Made by a program: the position numbers and the translations under genes
NCBI GenBank assembly: GCA_963663035.1
Contig: OY760074.1
Coordinates: 3,008,001 to 3,072,000, forward strand
DNA length: 64,000 nucleotides
From: Acidobacteriota bacterium
GTDB lineage: Bacteria; Acidobacteriota; UBA6911; RPQK01; JADFOI01
Reading direction: 5' to 3'
The notes under the pieces: generated by a model
Databases searched by the model: none
The model's input: the letters and a program-made list of their open reading frames with translations, nothing else
Told to the model about the DNA's origin: nothing
Shown: one piece after another, positions 8,318-19,548 of the stretch
How the letters are laid out: each line of letters opens with the position of its first letter
How positions within the stretch are numbered: position 1 is the first letter of the stretch

Positions 8318-10561
8318 ATGCAGCCTTCGAAAAAAGACTATCTGAGCCATCTGAACGAACAGCAGAGATTTGCTGTCACCCAGACCGAAGGCCCAATGCT
8401 CATCCTGGCGGGAGCCGGGAGTGGAAAAACCCGAACGATCACTTACAAAATCGCCCATCTGATTGAGCAGGAAGTCTGCCGACCTGATCAAGTCCTGGCT
8501 GTGACCTTTACCAACAAAGCCGCTGAGGAGATGAGAAGTCGAGTCGAAGACTTACTGAAACATCTGGGTACTTCTCCTTTGGTTTGCACGTTTCACTCTT
8601 TCAGCGTTCGCGTGCTGCGGCGCTACGCTGACCTTATTGGGTATCGTACGGACTTCAGCATCTGTGACAGCGACGATCAGAAAAGGGTTATCAAGGCTGT
8701 CTACGAAGAACTCCACTTCACGGACAGCCAGCTCCCCATGAGAAAAGCTCGGGCGGCCATCAGTCGAGCCAAAAGCAATAACTGGGCCCCAGAAGAGTAT
8801 CTCGACAAGTCATCTGATCTCGCCCGCGAGGAACTTTCTCTCATCTACACCGCTTATGAGCGCTTTCTTTTGCGATCCAATGCCATGGATTTTGATGACC
8901 TGATCCTGCTAACCGTGCGCTTGTTGAAAAAGAACCATGAGGTTCGACAGAAATACGGTGAGTCCTACTCCCGTGTTCTGATTGACGAGTATCAGGATAC
9001 CAATCGTCCTCAGTATGACCTGATTAAGAATCTTACCGAGGTTCACCACAACATTACGGCTGTGGGAGACGATGATCAGTCCATCTATGGCTTTCGAGGC
9101 TCTGACATTGGAAACATTTTGCGCTTTGAAGCGGACTTCCCGGGAGCGACCATTGTCAAACTCGAGCAAAACTACCGCTCTAGTCAGAACATTCTGGATG
9201 CTGCAAGCAGCCTGGTGTCCAACAACCTGAATCGGAAGGGGAAAGTCCTCTGGACCGATCAACAGGCCGGTCAGCCAATCGAACTCTTCGCGGCGCCCGA
9301 CGCCAAGACTGAGGCAACTTTCGTTTCGAAGAAGATCCGCGAGCATCTCCAGAAGGGAGAAGAGGGGCTCGCCGTTTTGTATCGAACCAACTTCCAATCC
9401 CGACAATTTGAGGAAGCCTTTAGACGGTATGAGATTCCCTACAAGCTGATTGGAGGGACCAGTTTCTATCAGCGGAAAGAGGTCAAGGATGCACTGGCTT
9501 ACCTGCGAGTGGCCATGAATCCCAATGATAATGTCTCTTTCTTGAGGATTATGAATCGCCCCACACGAGGGATCGGCAAAGTGACAGAGGATCGCCTTCA
9601 TGGCAAGGCGCGAGATGAGCAGACAACCCTCTGGGAAGCCCTTCGAAAAGGCATAGAAGAGAACACTTTTCCCTCCCGAACACACCTGGTGTTGCAGCGT
9701 TTTTTCGAGCTCATATGCGAGTGTCAGGGCTTCCTGGAACTCCCTCTGTACCTATCCCTGGAAAAAATTCTGGAAGCCTGCGGCTATATCAAAGCCCTCA
9801 GGAGCGAGGATTCGGAAGAGGCTCATAATCGGACTCTGAATTTGGAAGAGTTGATCCTGCTGGCCAAAGAAAATGCAGAGCACGGATACACTTTTCAAGA
9901 GTTTCTCGACCACGCCGCGTTACGCTCCGAAGCGGACGATTATGACGAATCGGCAGCGGTCAGCCTCATGACCTTACACAATGCCAAAGGTCTTGAGTTT
10001 CCCATTGTTTTTCTAGTCGGTTGTGAAGAAGGACTCTTCCCACACAGCCGATCGGTGGCTGAGGATGATCTGGAGGAAGAGCGCCGCCTTTGTTATGTGG
10101 GGCTAACCCGGGCACAGAAGAAAATCTACCTCACCTATTCCCGTCTGCGTCGGTTTTTCGGCCGGGAGGGAGAAGAAATAAATCTTCCCAGCCGATTCTT
10201 ACAGGAGATTCCAGAACATCTCATCCGCGTCTCCTCCGGCCCTTTTCCGGTCGGTGAGTTTGTCCACCCCAGTGCCAGTCTTGGAGGATACCTGCAACGA
10301 CAAAAGCGTACCGGGACAGGTTTTGCAAAGACCCACGATTCAGTAGACAGCGTTCAAGGATTCTTGAACGAGCTCTCTCAGAAAAAAGGCAAATCAAAAA
10401 GCAATTTCATCTCCGGCGCGAGAATTGTCCACGAGAAGTTCGGTTACGGACAGATCCTTCGGGTCCAGGACACCGGCGACGACTTGAAGCTCACTGTACG
10501 ATTTCCGGGCCAGGGCATTAAACGGCTGCTACAGAGCTATGCCAAGTTGAAGCTGGTTTAG
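8318..10561 (+). CDS. pcrA: ATP-dependent DNA helicase UvrD/PcrA
   Basis: AGAGSGKT, IDEYQD, GDDDQSIY, EQNYRS, MTLHNAKGLEF, EEERRLCYV, C-terminal Tudor-like domain; the longer ORF start lies inside the repeat. Confidence 0.93.
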   Translation: MQPSKKDYLSHLNEQQRFAVTQTEGPMLILAGAGSGKTRTITYKIAHLIEQEVCRPDQVLAVTFTNKAAEEMRSRVEDLLKHLGTSPLVCTFHSFSVRVLRRYADLIGYRTDFSICDSDDQKRVIKAVYEELHFTDSQLPMRKARAAISRAKSNNWAPEEYLDKSSDLAREELSLIYTAYERFLLRSNAMDFDDLILLTVRLLKKNHEVRQKYGESYSRVLIDEYQDTNRPQYDLIKNLTEVHHNITAVGDDDQSIYGFRGSDIGNILRFEADFPGATIVKLEQNYRSSQNILDAASSLVSNNLNRKGKVLWTDQQAGQPIELFAAPDAKTEATFVSKKIREHLQKGEEGLAVLYRTNFQSRQFEEAFRRYEIPYKLIGGTSFYQRKEVKDALAYLRVAMNPNDNVSFLRIMNRPTRGIGKVTEDRLHGKARDEQTTLWEALRKGIEENTFPSRTHLVLQRFFELICECQGFLELPLYLSLEKILEACGYIKALRSEDSEEAHNRTLNLEELILLAKENAEHGYTFQEFLDHAALRSEADDYDESAAVSLMTLHNAKGLEFPIVFLVGCEEGLFPHSRSVAEDDLEEERRLCYVGLTRAQKKIYLTYSRLRRFFGREGEEINLPSRFLQEIPEHLIRVSSGPFPVGEFVHPSASLGGYLQRQKRTGTGFAKTHDSVDSVQGFLNELSQKKGKSKSNFISGARIVHEKFGYGQILRVQDTGDDLKLTVRFPGQGIKRLLQSYAKLKLV

Positions 10562-10833
10562 TGTCTCGTCCCATGTATACCCAGATGTTTGCTGATGGGG
10601 CTTGGGAGGGGAGATCAAGGAGCGAGGAGGAGGTGATGCCGGGACATCGACGACGACGAGCGACGCAGAGATCGCCCGCAACCCCCATCAGCCCGAAGGG
10701 TGGCGGCGGGACGGCATCGATTTCTTTGTCGCTCCTCCTCCACGATGTCACTGACATCGCGTCGTCGTCGCTTCGCGAACTCGACGCCGTCGCGTTCGCC
10801 ACAAACGTCATGGTATTCATGGGACGAGACACT
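10560..10833 (+). mobile_element. MITE-like element family C, copy C1
   Basis: Perfect 16-bp TIR AGTGTCTCGTCCCATG; internal CATCGACGACGACGAG..GATCGCCCGCAACC shared with C2-C4; overlaps the pcrA TAG. Confidence 0.85.
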
Positions 10834-10835
10834 GA

Positions 10836-10861
10836 AGCCCGCCTTATGCATAATGCGGGCT
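10836..10861. repeat. 26-bp palindrome equal to the joined ends of family AB (empty/collapsed form)
   Basis: AGCCCGCCTTATGCATAATGCGGGCT. Confidence 0.75.
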
Positions 10862-10886
10862 AGTACTGAGGTTATAAGGTTTTTCA

Positions 10887-12233
10887 GTGCAGGCACTCAA
10901 TAACTTTTTTTCAGTAGCTGTAGACTATGCCTGGGGCGCTCCCCTGCTCCTACTGTTATTAGGCGGCGGTTTCATCCTCACCATCTACTCCAGGTTCTTG
11001 CCCTTTGCCGGTGCCAAACACACCCTTGAAATTCTTCGGGGGAAGTTCGATCGGGAGGAGGATCCAGGTGACATTAGCCACTTCCAAGCCTTGAGCACCG
11101 CCCTCTCCGCCACCATTGGCATGGGAAACATAGGGGGAGTTGCCATTGCCATTACCCAAGGCGGTCCGGGAGCGGTTTTTTGGATGTGGATGGCAGCTCT
11201 TGTGGGGATGGCGACCAAGTTCTTCACTTGCACATTGGCCGTCATGTATCGAGGGAAAGATAGCCTGGGAGAAATCCAAGGCGGTCCCATGTACTACATC
11301 GAGCTGGGATTGGGCCAGAAATTCCGCTTCCTGGCCGTTTTCTTCAGCCTTTGTGGGACCATTGGATGTCTGGCCCTGTTTCAGGCCAATCAAGTGGCGG
11401 AGATCCTGACTGAGGCCTACGGAGTGGAAACCTGGATCACCGGCCTTGCCTTAAGTGTTCTGGTTGGTGTGGTCATTGTGGGTGGGCTGAAAAGAATCGC
11501 AAAGGTCGCCAGCCGTGTGGTTCCCACCATGTGTTTGCTGTACCTGGTGGTCTCTGTTTATGTGCTCGTAAGCCATTACCAGCTGATCCCTCAAGTCTTC
11601 TCTCAAATTCTTCACGATGCCTTCACCGGCTCAGCCGCCGCGGGAGGAGTAGCCGGTATTTCAATGATGACGGTCTTCCAGACGGGTATCAAGAGAGCCG
11701 CCTTCTCCAATGAAGCGGGTCTTGGGACAGCACCTATGGCCCATGGTGCAGCCAAAACCACCGAACCCGTCAGAGAAGGATTGGTGGCAATGATCGGTCC
11801 CTTCATCGACACCATCGGGATCTGTTCTTTGACTGCTTTCGTGATCTTGTCCAGCGGAAACTGGCAGGTCGGCGGAGTCAAGGGCGTTTCTCTCACGATT
11901 CAGGCCTTTGAGGCGGTTATGGGAGGCTTCGGGAAGGTGGTTCTGGTGGCCATTGTGCTGCTCTTTGGCATCTCCACGATGTTCGGCTACTCATACTATG
12001 GCAAGAAGTGTTTCAACTATCTCTTTGGCGCAGAAAATGGTCGAATCTATGAGTTCTTTTATCTAGCGATGCTTTTCGTAGGGGCTGTCTGGAGTGCAAG
12101 CCTGGTGGTCAACCTGATCGATACCGTCTTTGCGATGATGGCTCTGCCTAACATGCTGGCGACCTTACTTCTGGCTCCCAGGGTCATGGAAGCAACCAAA
12201 GTCTACCTCTCCCGCTATCGTCCCGCCTCTTGA
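10887..12233 (+). CDS. Alanine/glycine:cation symporter (AGCS family)
   Basis: FQALSTALSATIGMGNI, GGPGAVFWMW, GGPMYYI, FSNEAGLGTAPMAH. Confidence 0.92.
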   Translation: MQALNNFFSVAVDYAWGAPLLLLLLGGGFILTIYSRFLPFAGAKHTLEILRGKFDREEDPGDISHFQALSTALSATIGMGNIGGVAIAITQGGPGAVFWMWMAALVGMATKFFTCTLAVMYRGKDSLGEIQGGPMYYIELGLGQKFRFLAVFFSLCGTIGCLALFQANQVAEILTEAYGVETWITGLALSVLVGVVIVGGLKRIAKVASRVVPTMCLLYLVVSVYVLVSHYQLIPQVFSQILHDAFTGSAAAGGVAGISMMTVFQTGIKRAAFSNEAGLGTAPMAHGAAKTTEPVREGLVAMIGPFIDTIGICSLTAFVILSSGNWQVGGVKGVSLTIQAFEAVMGGFGKVVLVAIVLLFGISTMFGYSYYGKKCFNYLFGAENGRIYEFFYLAMLFVGAVWSASLVVNLIDTVFAMMALPNMLATLLLAPRVMEATKVYLSRYRPAS

Positions 12234-12400
12234 GATTGATCGACCCAAGAGGGCTCTGCTCATGGTCTTGGGCAGTGAGCGTGTGATAAAATCGAAAGTT
12301 GAGGAACGCTTTTCACTCTGAAACGTAATTAAATCGAACACGATTGAGTGAAATGAAAGAAGAGGCGTCTGCCCCATATGAGACTAAGCTGGAGGTTTTC

Positions 12401-14050
12401 ATGGCCGAAGTAAAGAAGTTTCTGACATCCAAACAGGGAATCACTTTCCTGGCACTTTTCATCACTCTGCTGCTGGGAATCACCATTGGGACCCTTGTTT
12501 CCGATCGCGTGCTGAGTGCCCAAGAGAACGAGGCTCCGGTGGCGCTGTTAAAGATTCAAGGTGAAGGGTTGCCCTTGCTCTTAGATGAGACAGACTTTCT
12601 GGGGAAAGGATTTGCTCTGATCGCCAAGACCGTTGAGCCTGCCGTTGTCAACATCAGCACCACGGCGATTATCCGCACCAACACTCCGCAGCAAAGAGGG
12701 ACTCCTGAAGACCTTCGAGACTTTTTCGGAGAGGATTTCTGGGAGCGCTTTTTCGGACCCATGGCTCCTCAGGAGAGGAAGACAACCAGTCTGGGCTCAG
12801 GCGTGATCGTGGACAGCAGCGGATATGTCCTCACCAATTACCACGTAGTGGCTCCCTCTGTTACCCGTCAGGGTACGAGACGAATTGCTGACAAGATCGA
12901 AGTCAAGCTGTCCTCCGGCGAGACCTACCTGGCACGAATCGTCGGGGGAGATCCTGAGTCGGATCTGGGAGTTTTAAAGATCAATGCTCCTGACCCCTTA
13001 CCCTTTGCCAAGGTGGGTGACACCTCGAAGATGCAAGTCGGCGACTGGGTACTGGCCATTGGGAACCCATTCGGAGTCGGTCAGACCGTCACTTCAGGTA
13101 TCGTTTCGGCTACAGGACGGGTGATTCCCACCGCTACGATTTTTGGCGACTATATCCAAACCGACGCGGCCATTAATCCGGGAAACAGTGGTGGCCCGCT
13201 GGTGAATGTGCGCGGTGAGGTTATCGGAATCAACACCTTCATTCTCACCCGAAGCGGTGGCTCCCAGGGAGTGGGATTCTCGATTCCCTCCTCGGTCTTT
13301 ATCAATTCTTACAACCAGCTTGTGACCAAAGGAAAGATTGAGCGGGGCTGGCTCGGGGTCACCATGAACTCCTATCCGTTGTCCGAGGAGCTCAGTGAAT
13401 TCTTTGGTGTCGCCGGGAATGATCCCACGGGAATTCGAGACGGAGACGGAGTTCTCATAACCCAACTCATTGATGAAAAGGGCTCCCCTGCTGAGACCGG
13501 ACCCGCTTACCTGGCCGGCATGCGGGCCGAAGATGTGATTGTAAAGTTTGGGGACCGGGAGACCGAGATCACCTTTGATGTGCGTGTAGCAGTGGCTAAT
13601 ACTCCCCCAGGGGAAGTCGTTCCCGTGACCGTGGTTCGAAAAGGGGAAGTCCTGAATCTGACCGTGACACTGGCGGAAAGAACTCTTGACCAGCAGGAAC
13701 AAGAGGATACCGGACTTTCTTTCGAACAGCAAAGAGAGGAAGAACGAGACAAGGAAATCGGCCTGGAGTTCGAAACGCTGTCGGCTCAAGATGCGGAAAG
13801 ACTGAATATAGAAGACGAGAGAGGAGTGCTGATCCGTGACGTAGCTCCCGGGAGCTTGGCCGATGAAGCCGGGCTATCTCGTACTCAGGTGATTACCAAT
13901 GTCAATGGCATTCCCGTGAGTACTGCCCAACAGTTGTACGACCAAATCAATTCCATGGACTCCGGTGCCGGCGTTGTTCTTCGTGTGATTTGGCTGACCC
14001 CGCAAGATCGGCGACTCAATATCGGCTATGCTGCATTCACAAAGCCTTAG
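12401..14050 (+). CDS. HtrA/DegP (Do family) serine protease with two PDZ domains
   Basis: LGSGVI, TNYHV, SDLGVLK, QTDAAINPGNSGGPL; GGAGG before ATG 12401. Confidence 0.92.
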   Translation: MAEVKKFLTSKQGITFLALFITLLLGITIGTLVSDRVLSAQENEAPVALLKIQGEGLPLLLDETDFLGKGFALIAKTVEPAVVNISTTAIIRTNTPQQRGTPEDLRDFFGEDFWERFFGPMAPQERKTTSLGSGVIVDSSGYVLTNYHVVAPSVTRQGTRRIADKIEVKLSSGETYLARIVGGDPESDLGVLKINAPDPLPFAKVGDTSKMQVGDWVLAIGNPFGVGQTVTSGIVSATGRVIPTATIFGDYIQTDAAINPGNSGGPLVNVRGEVIGINTFILTRSGGSQGVGFSIPSSVFINSYNQLVTKGKIERGWLGVTMNSYPLSEELSEFFGVAGNDPTGIRDGDGVLITQLIDEKGSPAETGPAYLAGMRAEDVIVKFGDRETEITFDVRVAVANTPPGEVVPVTVVRKGEVLNLTVTLAERTLDQQEQEDTGLSFEQQREEERDKEIGLEFETLSAQDAERLNIEDERGVLIRDVAPGSLADEAGLSRTQVITNVNGIPVSTAQQLYDQINSMDSGAGVVLRVIWLTPQDRRLNIGYAAFTKP

Positions 14051-14318
14051 TACTCCCTTTCATAAATACGGTGACGTTTGCGGAAGGGGCTTGCGAGGCG
14101 AGATCGCGAAAAGAGGAGGAGGCGATGCAGGGCCATCGACGACGACGAGAGACAAAGAGATCGCCCGCAACCCCCTTCCGCCCAAAGGGTTGGGGCGGGA
14201 CGTGCCCATCTCTTTGTTTTCCTCCTCGCCGATGTCTCTGCATCGACTCGTCGTCGGGCCTCGAGCTGGGCCCGTCCCGCTCCCAACAAACGTTACCTTA
14301 TTTATGACGGTGAGTACT
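14049..14318 (+). mobile_element. MITE-like element family C, copy C2
   Basis: TIRs AGTACTCCCTTTCATAAATA / TATTTATGACGGTGAGTACT; overlaps the degP-like TAG. Confidence 0.85.
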
Positions 14319-14346
14319 TAAGTACTCAGTGCCCAATGATGCACCT

Positions 14347-15834
14347 ATGGCCAAGGCCAAGGCATACAAAAACCTGATTGCCGGCGAATGGGTGAAATCC
14401 ACCTCCGGTCGCACCTTTGAAAATCGCAATCCTGCCGACCACCGTGAGCTCATTGGCTCCTTCCAGGACTCCACTGCGGATGACGTCGAGCAGGCAGTAG
14501 CTGCCGCCTGCCAAGCATACTCACCGTGGCGCCTGACTCCAGCGCCCAAAAGGGGGGAGATCCTCTTTCGGGTGGGGGAAATCCTTACCCGTCGCAAAGA
14601 AGAACTCGCATACGACATGACCCGAGAAATGGGAAAGGTTCTGCTGGAGACACGGGGAGACGTTCAGGAGGCCATCGACATGGCCTATTGGATGGCGGGT
14701 GAAGGGCGACGGATGTACGGTCACACGACTCCCTCAGAACTGCGGGATAAATTCAACATGAGTATGCGCATGCCGATCGGCGTCTGCGGAATCATCTCAC
14801 CCTGGAACTTTCCCATCGCCATCCCCAGCTGGAAGATCCTTCCTGCCCTGGTGTGTGGAAATACCTGCGTGTTCAAGCCTGCTTCCGATAGTCCGCTCAC
14901 TGCCGTACATTTCATGGAGGTCCTTGAGGAGGCAGGTCTACCGAAAGGGGTTGCCAATTTGGTCACGGGAACAGGAGCTCGGACTGGAAGTGCTCTGGTT
15001 GAACACAAGGACGTCAGGGTCGTTTCCTTCACTGGATCAACCGCTACGGGAAGAATCGTCGCACAAAAGTGTGCTCAGGACTTCAAGAAACATAACCTGG
15101 AGATGGGTGGGAAAAACGCCATCATGGTGATGGAGGATGCCAACCTGGAACTGGCAGTTGAGGGCGCCCTTTGGGGAGGCTTTGGTACCAGTGGACAGCG
15201 ATGCACAGCCTCTAGCCGGGTGATCGTTCACAAGAAGGTTTACAAAACCTTTGTTAATGAATTTATTGAGCACACCAAGAAATTGCGCCTTGGAAATGGG
15301 CTGGAACCCACGACTGAAATGGGTCCTGTAATCAACGAAAAGCAGAAGAAGTCGATTCTCCGGTGGATAGCTATAGGCAAGAAGGAAGGCGCGCGACTTC
15401 TCTGGGGTGGGAACCCTGTGGAGGAAGGAAGCTATCAACACGGCCATTTCATTGAACCCACTATCTTCGGAGATGTGGACCCGCAGATGCAGATCGCCCA
15501 GGAAGAGATCTTCGGTCCGGTAGTTTCTGTGATTCCCTGCTCCTCTTTTGAAGAGGCAATCGAATTCGGCAACAGTGTTCGATATGGCCTGTCCGCCGCG
15601 ATTTATACGCAGGATTTGAACAAAGCATTCGTAGCAATGAGGGAGATGGAGACGGGAATTTTCTACGTCAATGCTCCCACCATAGGGGCGGAAATACACC
15701 TGCCTTTTGGGGGAATCAAGGAGACCGGTAACGGTCACAGAGAAGCGGCAGAAGCAACTTTGGATGTGTTCTCCGAGTGGAAGGCAGTGTACCTGGATTT
15801 CAGTGGACATCTGCAACGAGCACAAATTGACTAG
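14347..15834 (+). CDS. NAD(P)-dependent aldehyde dehydrogenase
   Basis: PWNFP, FTGST, LEMGGKN, GQRCT, EEIFGP. Confidence 0.92.
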   Translation: MAKAKAYKNLIAGEWVKSTSGRTFENRNPADHRELIGSFQDSTADDVEQAVAAACQAYSPWRLTPAPKRGEILFRVGEILTRRKEELAYDMTREMGKVLLETRGDVQEAIDMAYWMAGEGRRMYGHTTPSELRDKFNMSMRMPIGVCGIISPWNFPIAIPSWKILPALVCGNTCVFKPASDSPLTAVHFMEVLEEAGLPKGVANLVTGTGARTGSALVEHKDVRVVSFTGSTATGRIVAQKCAQDFKKHNLEMGGKNAIMVMEDANLELAVEGALWGGFGTSGQRCTASSRVIVHKKVYKTFVNEFIEHTKKLRLGNGLEPTTEMGPVINEKQKKSILRWIAIGKKEGARLLWGGNPVEEGSYQHGHFIEPTIFGDVDPQMQIAQEEIFGPVVSVIPCSSFEEAIEFGNSVRYGLSAAIYTQDLNKAFVAMREMETGIFYVNAPTIGAEIHLPFGGIKETGNGHREAAEATLDVFSEWKAVYLDFSGHLQRAQID

Positions 15835-15853
15835 AACAAGCACCTAAATCACC

Positions 15854-16966
15854 GTGAACATCGGCCTTCCCAAAGAAGTCAAAGACAATGAGTATCGCGT
15901 GGGATTAGTCCCTGCCGGTGTGCATGCCCTGGGGGAAGATGGCCATTCCGTCTTTGTGGAGAAAGGTGCCGGATTGGGTTCGGGCTTCTCCGATGAGGAA
16001 TACGCCATAGCAGGCGCCCAGATTGTGGAGAGCGCAAACGATCTGTTTGGCCGCAGCGACATGGTGGTAAAGGTTAAGGAACCCATCGAGGAGGAATATC
16101 CGAGACTTCGAGAAGGGCAAATTCTAGCCAGTTACTTGCACCTGGCACCCCTTCCAGAGCTAACCGAAGCTCTCTTGGCCAAGAAGGTCATCGGCGTGGC
16201 CTACGAGACAATCAGAAATGAGGGTGGGAGCCTGCCTCTGTTGACGCCCATGAGTGAGGTAGCGGGGCGAATGTCTATCACGGTCGGGTCCCATTACCTG
16301 CAAAAGCCCGAAGGAGGACGCGGTGTCCTCTTGGGTGGTGCCCCTGGAGTCCGCCCAGCTCTTGTATTGATCGTTGGGGGAGGTACCGTCGGGATCAACG
16401 CAGCCAAAATGGCACTTGGCTTGGGGGCGCAGGTTTGCATCCTTGACGTGGAAGTGGATCGCCTGCGAGTCATTGACGATCTTTTCCTCGGCCGGATCGA
16501 GACCCTCATCTCTAATACCTATAATATTGCCCAGGTGATCGAGGGAGCCGATCTCGTGATCGGGGCGGTGCTCATTCCCGGTGCCAACACACCCAAAATC
16601 ATTACCCGCAAGATGGTCTCCTCGATGCAGTCCGGGTCGGTGATCGTTGACGTGGCAGTGGACCAGGGAGGGTGTTGCGAGACAACGCGGCCCACCACCC
16701 ACAGTGAACCCGTGTACACAGTCGATGGAGTCGTGCACTATTGCGTCACCAACATGCCAGGAGCCATGCCACGGACCGCCACCTTCGCGCTGACCAATGC
16801 AACGGTTCCGTACATTCGTAAGATCGCCGCTTTGGGAATGAAGGATGCAATACAAGATAATCCTCTTTTAAAAGATGGAGTAAACGTGTACAAAGGTCAC
16901 GTTACCTTTAGACCCGTGGCCGATTCTCAGGCTTTACCTTATCGCGACCTCGATGAACTCTTGTAA
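15854..16966 (+). CDS. ald: Alanine dehydrogenase
   Basis: [46 protein letters not shown]. Confidence 0.95.
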   Translation: MNIGLPKEVKDNEYRVGLVPAGVHALGEDGHSVFVEKGAGLGSGFSDEEYAIAGAQIVESANDLFGRSDMVVKVKEPIEEEYPRLREGQILASYLHLAPLPELTEALLAKKVIGVAYETIRNEGGSLPLLTPMSEVAGRMSITVGSHYLQKPEGGRGVLLGGAPGVRPALVLIVGGGTVGINAAKMALGLGAQVCILDVEVDRLRVIDDLFLGRIETLISNTYNIAQVIEGADLVIGAVLIPGANTPKIITRKMVSSMQSGSVIVDVAVDQGGCCETTRPTTHSEPVYTVDGVVHYCVTNMPGAMPRTATFALTNATVPYIRKIAALGMKDAIQDNPLLKDGVNVYKGHVTFRPVADSQALPYRDLDELL

Positions 16967-17780
16967 CAGTTGGGTCTACATAGTTGATCCACCGAAGTCG
17001 GGAGTGGAGAATATGAAGCTCGACAGAGAACTTCTTCACTGGGTAGAGAAGTGTTCGGCCAAGATCACGGTGGTCCGATTCTATCGCTGGGCGGTGCCCA
17101 CAATCTCTCTTGGGAAACACCAGAAGGCTGAGGAAGCAGTAGACCAGATCTATTGCCAGCGGGAGGCCATCCCCATCGTACGTCGACCGACAGGTGGTCG
17201 AGCCGTCTTTCACGACGATGAGCTCACCTATTCACTCGTATCCAACCATCGCCAGTACTTCTCATTGGAGAGCGTGGGAGAAACCTATCGAGTGATCGCT
17301 GCCGGGCTGAAGGCGGGACTACGGCGCCTGGGGGTCTCTGCCCAGTTGGCTGAGCCGTCCCCCCACTCGCCACTGGTTCCACAGTCAGGACGGCAGAATC
17401 CCTGTTTCTTGTCCCCCTCTCAGTATGAACTACTGCTGCGTGGCTACAAGATAGTGGGAAGTGCGCAGAGGCGCTTGAAACGAAGTTTTCTGCAGCACGG
17501 CTCGATTCCACTGCAGGTCGACTATCCGCAGATGGCTGCAGCCCTTGGTATCCCGGAGAAAGTGCTCAGGAAGAACCTTCTCTCGATCTCCGAGGCCAGT
17601 GGACATCAGGTCTGTTTTGCAGCCTTGTGTAAAGCACTCAAAGAGGGTTTGGAGGAAACTTTCCAGGTTCAGCTGAGAATCTTTCGTCAGGATGCGAGCG
17701 CACCTCAATTCTCCGCCTTGCGACTTTTACGGCAAAATTGCGTCCCATTAGACGATTATACTTACAGGGTTCGCCAATGA
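16953..17780 (+). CDS. Lipoate-protein ligase A / octanoyltransferase LipM-like
   Basis: [41 protein letters not shown]. Confidence 0.88.
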   Translation: MNSCNSWVYIVDPPKSGVENMKLDRELLHWVEKCSAKITVVRFYRWAVPTISLGKHQKAEEAVDQIYCQREAIPIVRRPTGGRAVFHDDELTYSLVSNHRQYFSLESVGETYRVIAAGLKAGLRRLGVSAQLAEPSPHSPLVPQSGRQNPCFLSPSQYELLLRGYKIVGSAQRRLKRSFLQHGSIPLQVDYPQMAAALGIPEKVLRKNLLSISEASGHQVCFAALCKALKEGLEETFQVQLRIFRQDASAPQFSALRLLRQNCVPLDDYTYRVRQ

Positions 17781-18844
17781 CAGGACAACAACCTTCATCA
17801 CTCCTGAATGAACGTGCTCGGAATGTTCTGAAAGCATTAATCCAGGAATATGTGCGCGGCAGCAAGCCGGTCGGCTCTCGTCGCTTGGCAAAGCACTATG
17901 GGGAGGGACTCAGTTCGGCCACCATCCGCAATGTGATGGCCGAGTTGGAACGAGTGGGTTTTCTCACCCAGCCCCACACTTCGGCCGGAAGAGTTCCCAC
18001 CGCGAAAGGCTATCGCTTGTATGTCGACTCTCTCCTGGACACCAGAGACCTACCCAGTCGCGAAGTAGATCGGATTAGGCAGAGCTTAGAAAACGAGGCG
18101 GATCCTGGAGAATTGATGAGCAAGACCTCGCAGGTTCTTTCTCTCTTATCGAACAATGTGGGTTTTGTCCTGGCTCCCACTATTTCCCATGCCGCCATGA
18201 AGCATATTAAGTTTGTCAGGATTGCTCAGCAGCGGATCCTGGTGATTTTGGTGACGGGATCAGGACTCGTTCAACATCGGCTCATCCAGCTAAAGCCAGA
18301 TCTTACCCAGAGAGAGCTAGACCAGGCAGGTCGCTATCTGGTCGCCCAATTTGAGGGGCAAACACTGCTAGATATCCGACGTGAGTTACTTCGTCTTATG
18401 TTAGAAGAGAAGTCTCTTTACGACCGCATGCTGCAAAATGTCATCTTGCTTGGTGCTGCCAGCCTGGTGAAATGTGAAGGTGAGGAGGCTGAGGAATCAG
18501 AAGTGTACCTGGGAGGTACCGCTCGCATCATGCAAAAGCCTGAATTAGCCGATATCAAGAGCATGACCGCTCTCTTTGAGACCATCGAGGAGAAAAGTCG
18601 GCTGGTGAAAATCATTTCTGAATGCCTGAAGACAGTTTCCTCCGGGCCAACAGTCAGGATAGGTCTGGGAAAACACATCCCCGGGATGGGGGATTGGGCA
18701 TTGATTTCCTCTCCCTATCTGTACCATCACAAGGTCATAGGCAGTCTGGGGATTTTGGGACCATCTCGCATGGAATATGAGAAGGCAATTAGCCTTGTTG
18801 ACTATGTGGCCAAACTCTTCAGCAAACTCTTGAGCAACAACTGA
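17777..18844 (+). CDS. hrcA: Heat-inducible transcription repressor
   Basis: PVGSR, SSATIRNVM, QPHTSAGRVPT, GPSRMEY; ATGA overlap with the upstream stop. Confidence 0.95.
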   Translation: MTGQQPSSLLNERARNVLKALIQEYVRGSKPVGSRRLAKHYGEGLSSATIRNVMAELERVGFLTQPHTSAGRVPTAKGYRLYVDSLLDTRDLPSREVDRIRQSLENEADPGELMSKTSQVLSLLSNNVGFVLAPTISHAAMKHIKFVRIAQQRILVILVTGSGLVQHRLIQLKPDLTQRELDQAGRYLVAQFEGQTLLDIRRELLRLMLEEKSLYDRMLQNVILLGAASLVKCEGEEAEESEVYLGGTARIMQKPELADIKSMTALFETIEEKSRLVKIISECLKTVSSGPTVRIGLGKHIPGMGDWALISSPYLYHHKVIGSLGILGPSRMEYEKAISLVDYVAKLFSKLLSNN

Positions 18845-18849
18845 TTATG

Positions 18850-18875
18850 AGCCGGGCTTATGCATAAGCCCGGCT
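18850..18875. repeat. Perfect 26-bp palindrome equal to the joined ends of family AB (empty/collapsed form)
   Basis: AGCCGGGCTTATGCATAAGCCCGGCT. Confidence 0.8.
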
Positions 18876-18897
18876 AGAGGAGTGTTCAAAGACACTT

Positions 18898-19473
18898 ATG
18901 GCGAAAAACAAGCCCCCCGAAGAAGAGAAAGAAGAGTCTGAAAACCAGCCACCGGAACTCTATCAAGAATCCCTAGAGAGGCTTCAGAAGGAAAAAGATG
19001 ACCAGTACGACTTGTTACTCCGCAAGCAAGCCGAGCTGGAGAATTATCGGAAACGAGTTGAAAAGGAGAAACAGGAATTGCGCCTCTCGGTCCAGGCTCA
19101 GGTCATCGAGAGGTTATTGCCCATCCTGGACGCCTTTGAGAAAGGACTCTCCAGTTTAAAGGAAGTATCCGGAGATTCTGAGCTGCAGACCTACAGTGAG
19201 GCTTATGATCTACTGTATCAGGAGATTCAGTCAGTCCTCCAGAAGTTTGAGGTGACTGAAGTACCCGGAGTCGGAACTAATTTTGATCCCAATGTGCATG
19301 AAGCGGTGGTCAGAAAAGTAACAACTGAGCACGAAGAGGGCGAAATTCTCGAGGAATATCGCAAAGGTTACAAAATCAACGACCGACTTTTGCGTCCCTC
19401 CCAAGTCAGTGTAGCTGTCCAACCGGACGAGATTTCCGTTGCCCATGGCGACCGGGAAGGAGGGGAGGAGTAG
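18898..19473 (+). CDS. grpE: Nucleotide exchange factor GrpE
   Basis: AELENYRKR, LLPILD, FDPNVHEA, KGYKINDRLLRP. Confidence 0.95.
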   Translation: MAKNKPPEEEKEESENQPPELYQESLERLQKEKDDQYDLLLRKQAELENYRKRVEKEKQELRLSVQAQVIERLLPILDAFEKGLSSLKEVSGDSELQTYSEAYDLLYQEIQSVLQKFEVTEVPGVGTNFDPNVHEAVVRKVTTEHEEGEILEEYRKGYKINDRLLRPSQVSVAVQPDEISVAHGDREGGEE

Positions 19474-19487
19474 ACTTCTCACCCTCC

Positions 19488-19516
19488 TTGAAAACCACTC
19501 ACAGCGATCTTATGAT
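19488..19516 (+). promoter_or_regulatory. Putative sigma70 promoter for dnaJ
   Basis: TTGAAA-17-TATGAT. Confidence 0.5.
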
Positions 19517-19548
19517 TATTTTTGTGGCAAGCCACTTAGGAGAGTAGT

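Noticed and set aside
8909-9685. Long antisense ORFs (also 13094-13789, 15037-15843, 32533-33366, 47357-48082)
   Set aside because: They are shadows of well-supported genes on the opposite strand.
10518-10903. Short ORFs over the repeat elements (also 13990-14377, 22308-22962, 29348-29851, 8045-8319, 50390-50713, 61892-62293)
   Set aside because: They are translations of GC-rich palindromic repeats, occur in several frames on both strands, and show no protein-family motifs.
18850-18875. CIRCE operator next to hrcA
   Set aside because: It does not match TTAGCACTC-N9-GAGTGCTAA and instead matches the AB element ends. No CIRCE was seen upstream of hrcA.
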